A stretch of 64,000 bases of DNA from Bigelowiella natans CCMP2755 (lineage: Eukaryota > Protista > Cercozoa), in NCBI GenBank assembly GCA_000320545.1, contig ADNK01000517.1:1-64000 (forward strand), in the 5' to 3' direction. Below the pieces are notes generated by a model. The model was not told where the DNA came from. It saw only the letters and a list, made by a program, of their open reading frames with translations, and searched no databases. The number at the start of each line of letters is the position of its first letter. Position 1 is the stretch's first letter. Below are positions 63,145 to 64,000 of the stretch, piece by piece. The position numbers were made by a program, and so were the translations under genes.

Positions 63145-64000
63145 ACTATTGACGAGGAGGAGGAGGATGAGGATGACTGGGAAGATGAAGAAGAAGAAGA
63201 CCCGCTTGTCTTCTCTATCCTCTTACGCGCCGGTATCGGCGGGGGCACATCGTCATCATCATCATCATCGTCGTCGTCTAGATCAACCTCCTCCTCCTCT
63301 TCCTCTCCCCCCCCCCCATCGCCATCTGCCGGCGGCTGCTCAGGCCCCATGGAGTGGATCTCTCCGAACATCTTGGACCGCGCCGCGAGAGATCTTGGAA
63401 GCACCTCAAAGATGTGCGTTGGGCGCTTGATGCCTTTGAGGCCGTGCCAACCTAGGTCTCTGAGCGCGAAGCTGCCCCCCCCCTCCGGGAAGATCTTGGC
63501 ATCGAGCTGCTGCGCCTTTTTGATGTCTTCGAGCACGTCGGAGGTCACTAAGACTTGGCCCCTGTTCGTGTTGTTGTTGTTGTTGGTGTTGTTATTGCTG
63601 CTGCTGTTGTTATTATTATTATCACATGGTATTATTTGTTATCACTAGTAGGAGGAGGAGGAGTTGTATTTAGTAAATAGGCATCATCAGCAGCATCATC
63701 GTCAGCAGCAGCAGCAGCAGCGGAGAGAAGTGATGAGCCAAGTGATGATGACGACAATCGTCGTCGTCGTCGTCAATTCTAACGCCATACACCATAATTT
63801 CCTCCTCCTCCTCCTCCTCCTCCTCTCGCGATATGAGTGATGACGAGTGATTGTGCGAACTCGTCTTTATCATCATGCAGCATAGTAGTATGGAGAAGAC
63901 AGCCTTTGGACTACCATTACTACTACTGCTACTACTACTGCTACTACTACAACTACTACTGGTGGTGGTGGTGCTGCAAGTACCCATTGGCGGAATGAGC
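62718..64000 (-). CDS. Class III adenylyl/guanylyl cyclase, C-terminal portion (gene continues beyond window)
   Basis: AHSANG|GQVLVTSDV...LRDLGWHGLKGIKRPTHIFEV is the GGQ-il-s...G...LKG end of the cyclase catalytic domain, followed by a low-complexity tail. Confidence 0.8.

Noticed and set aside
1-64000. tRNA, rRNA or snRNA genes
   Set aside because: No cloverleaf or conserved RNA-gene motifs recognised by eye. A tRNAscan/Infernal run would be needed to exclude them.

Overview
Gene-dense, intron-rich nuclear DNA from a eukaryote. It looks like a protist: GT-AG introns, many packed with microsatellites. The lineage cannot be fixed from this sequence alone. About 17 spliced protein genes were reconstructed by hand: CLU/CLUH (5'-partial), a TPT/SLC35 transporter, a TMEM254-like protein, a RhoGAP, a C2H2 zinc-finger protein, an orphan secreted protein, a fused LeuC-LeuD (LEU1), GINS Psf3, an ankyrin-SAM protein, OST48/WBP1, a secreted MCF1-SHE toxin-like protein, an Sfi1-like protein, an SR/RRM protein, a divergent 14-3-3, a UIM + DUF3626-like protein, a bacterial-type TrhO rhodanese, and the 3' end of a class III nucleotidyl cyclase. 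Most sit in head-to-head and tail-to-tail pairs. One intact, apparently very young Ty3/Gypsy LTR retrotransposon is present (35807-41522; 326-bp LTRs, TCTA target-site duplication). Four observations stand out. (1) The Gypsy polyprotein ends in a degenerate DIRS/phage-Dam-type N6-adenine-methyltransferase-like domain, where a chromodomain would sit in chromoviruses. (2) An intron-containing, signal-peptide-bearing gene carries bacterial MCF1-SHE toxin motifs. (3) The LeuC-LeuD linker looks like an internal mitochondrial presequence, suggesting an MPP-cleaved polyprotein. (4) Palindrome-rich zones lie 3' of essentially every gene; they hold a recurrent inverted-repeat motif and the retrotransposon insertion site. 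All family assignments come from motifs recognised by eye; no searches were run.
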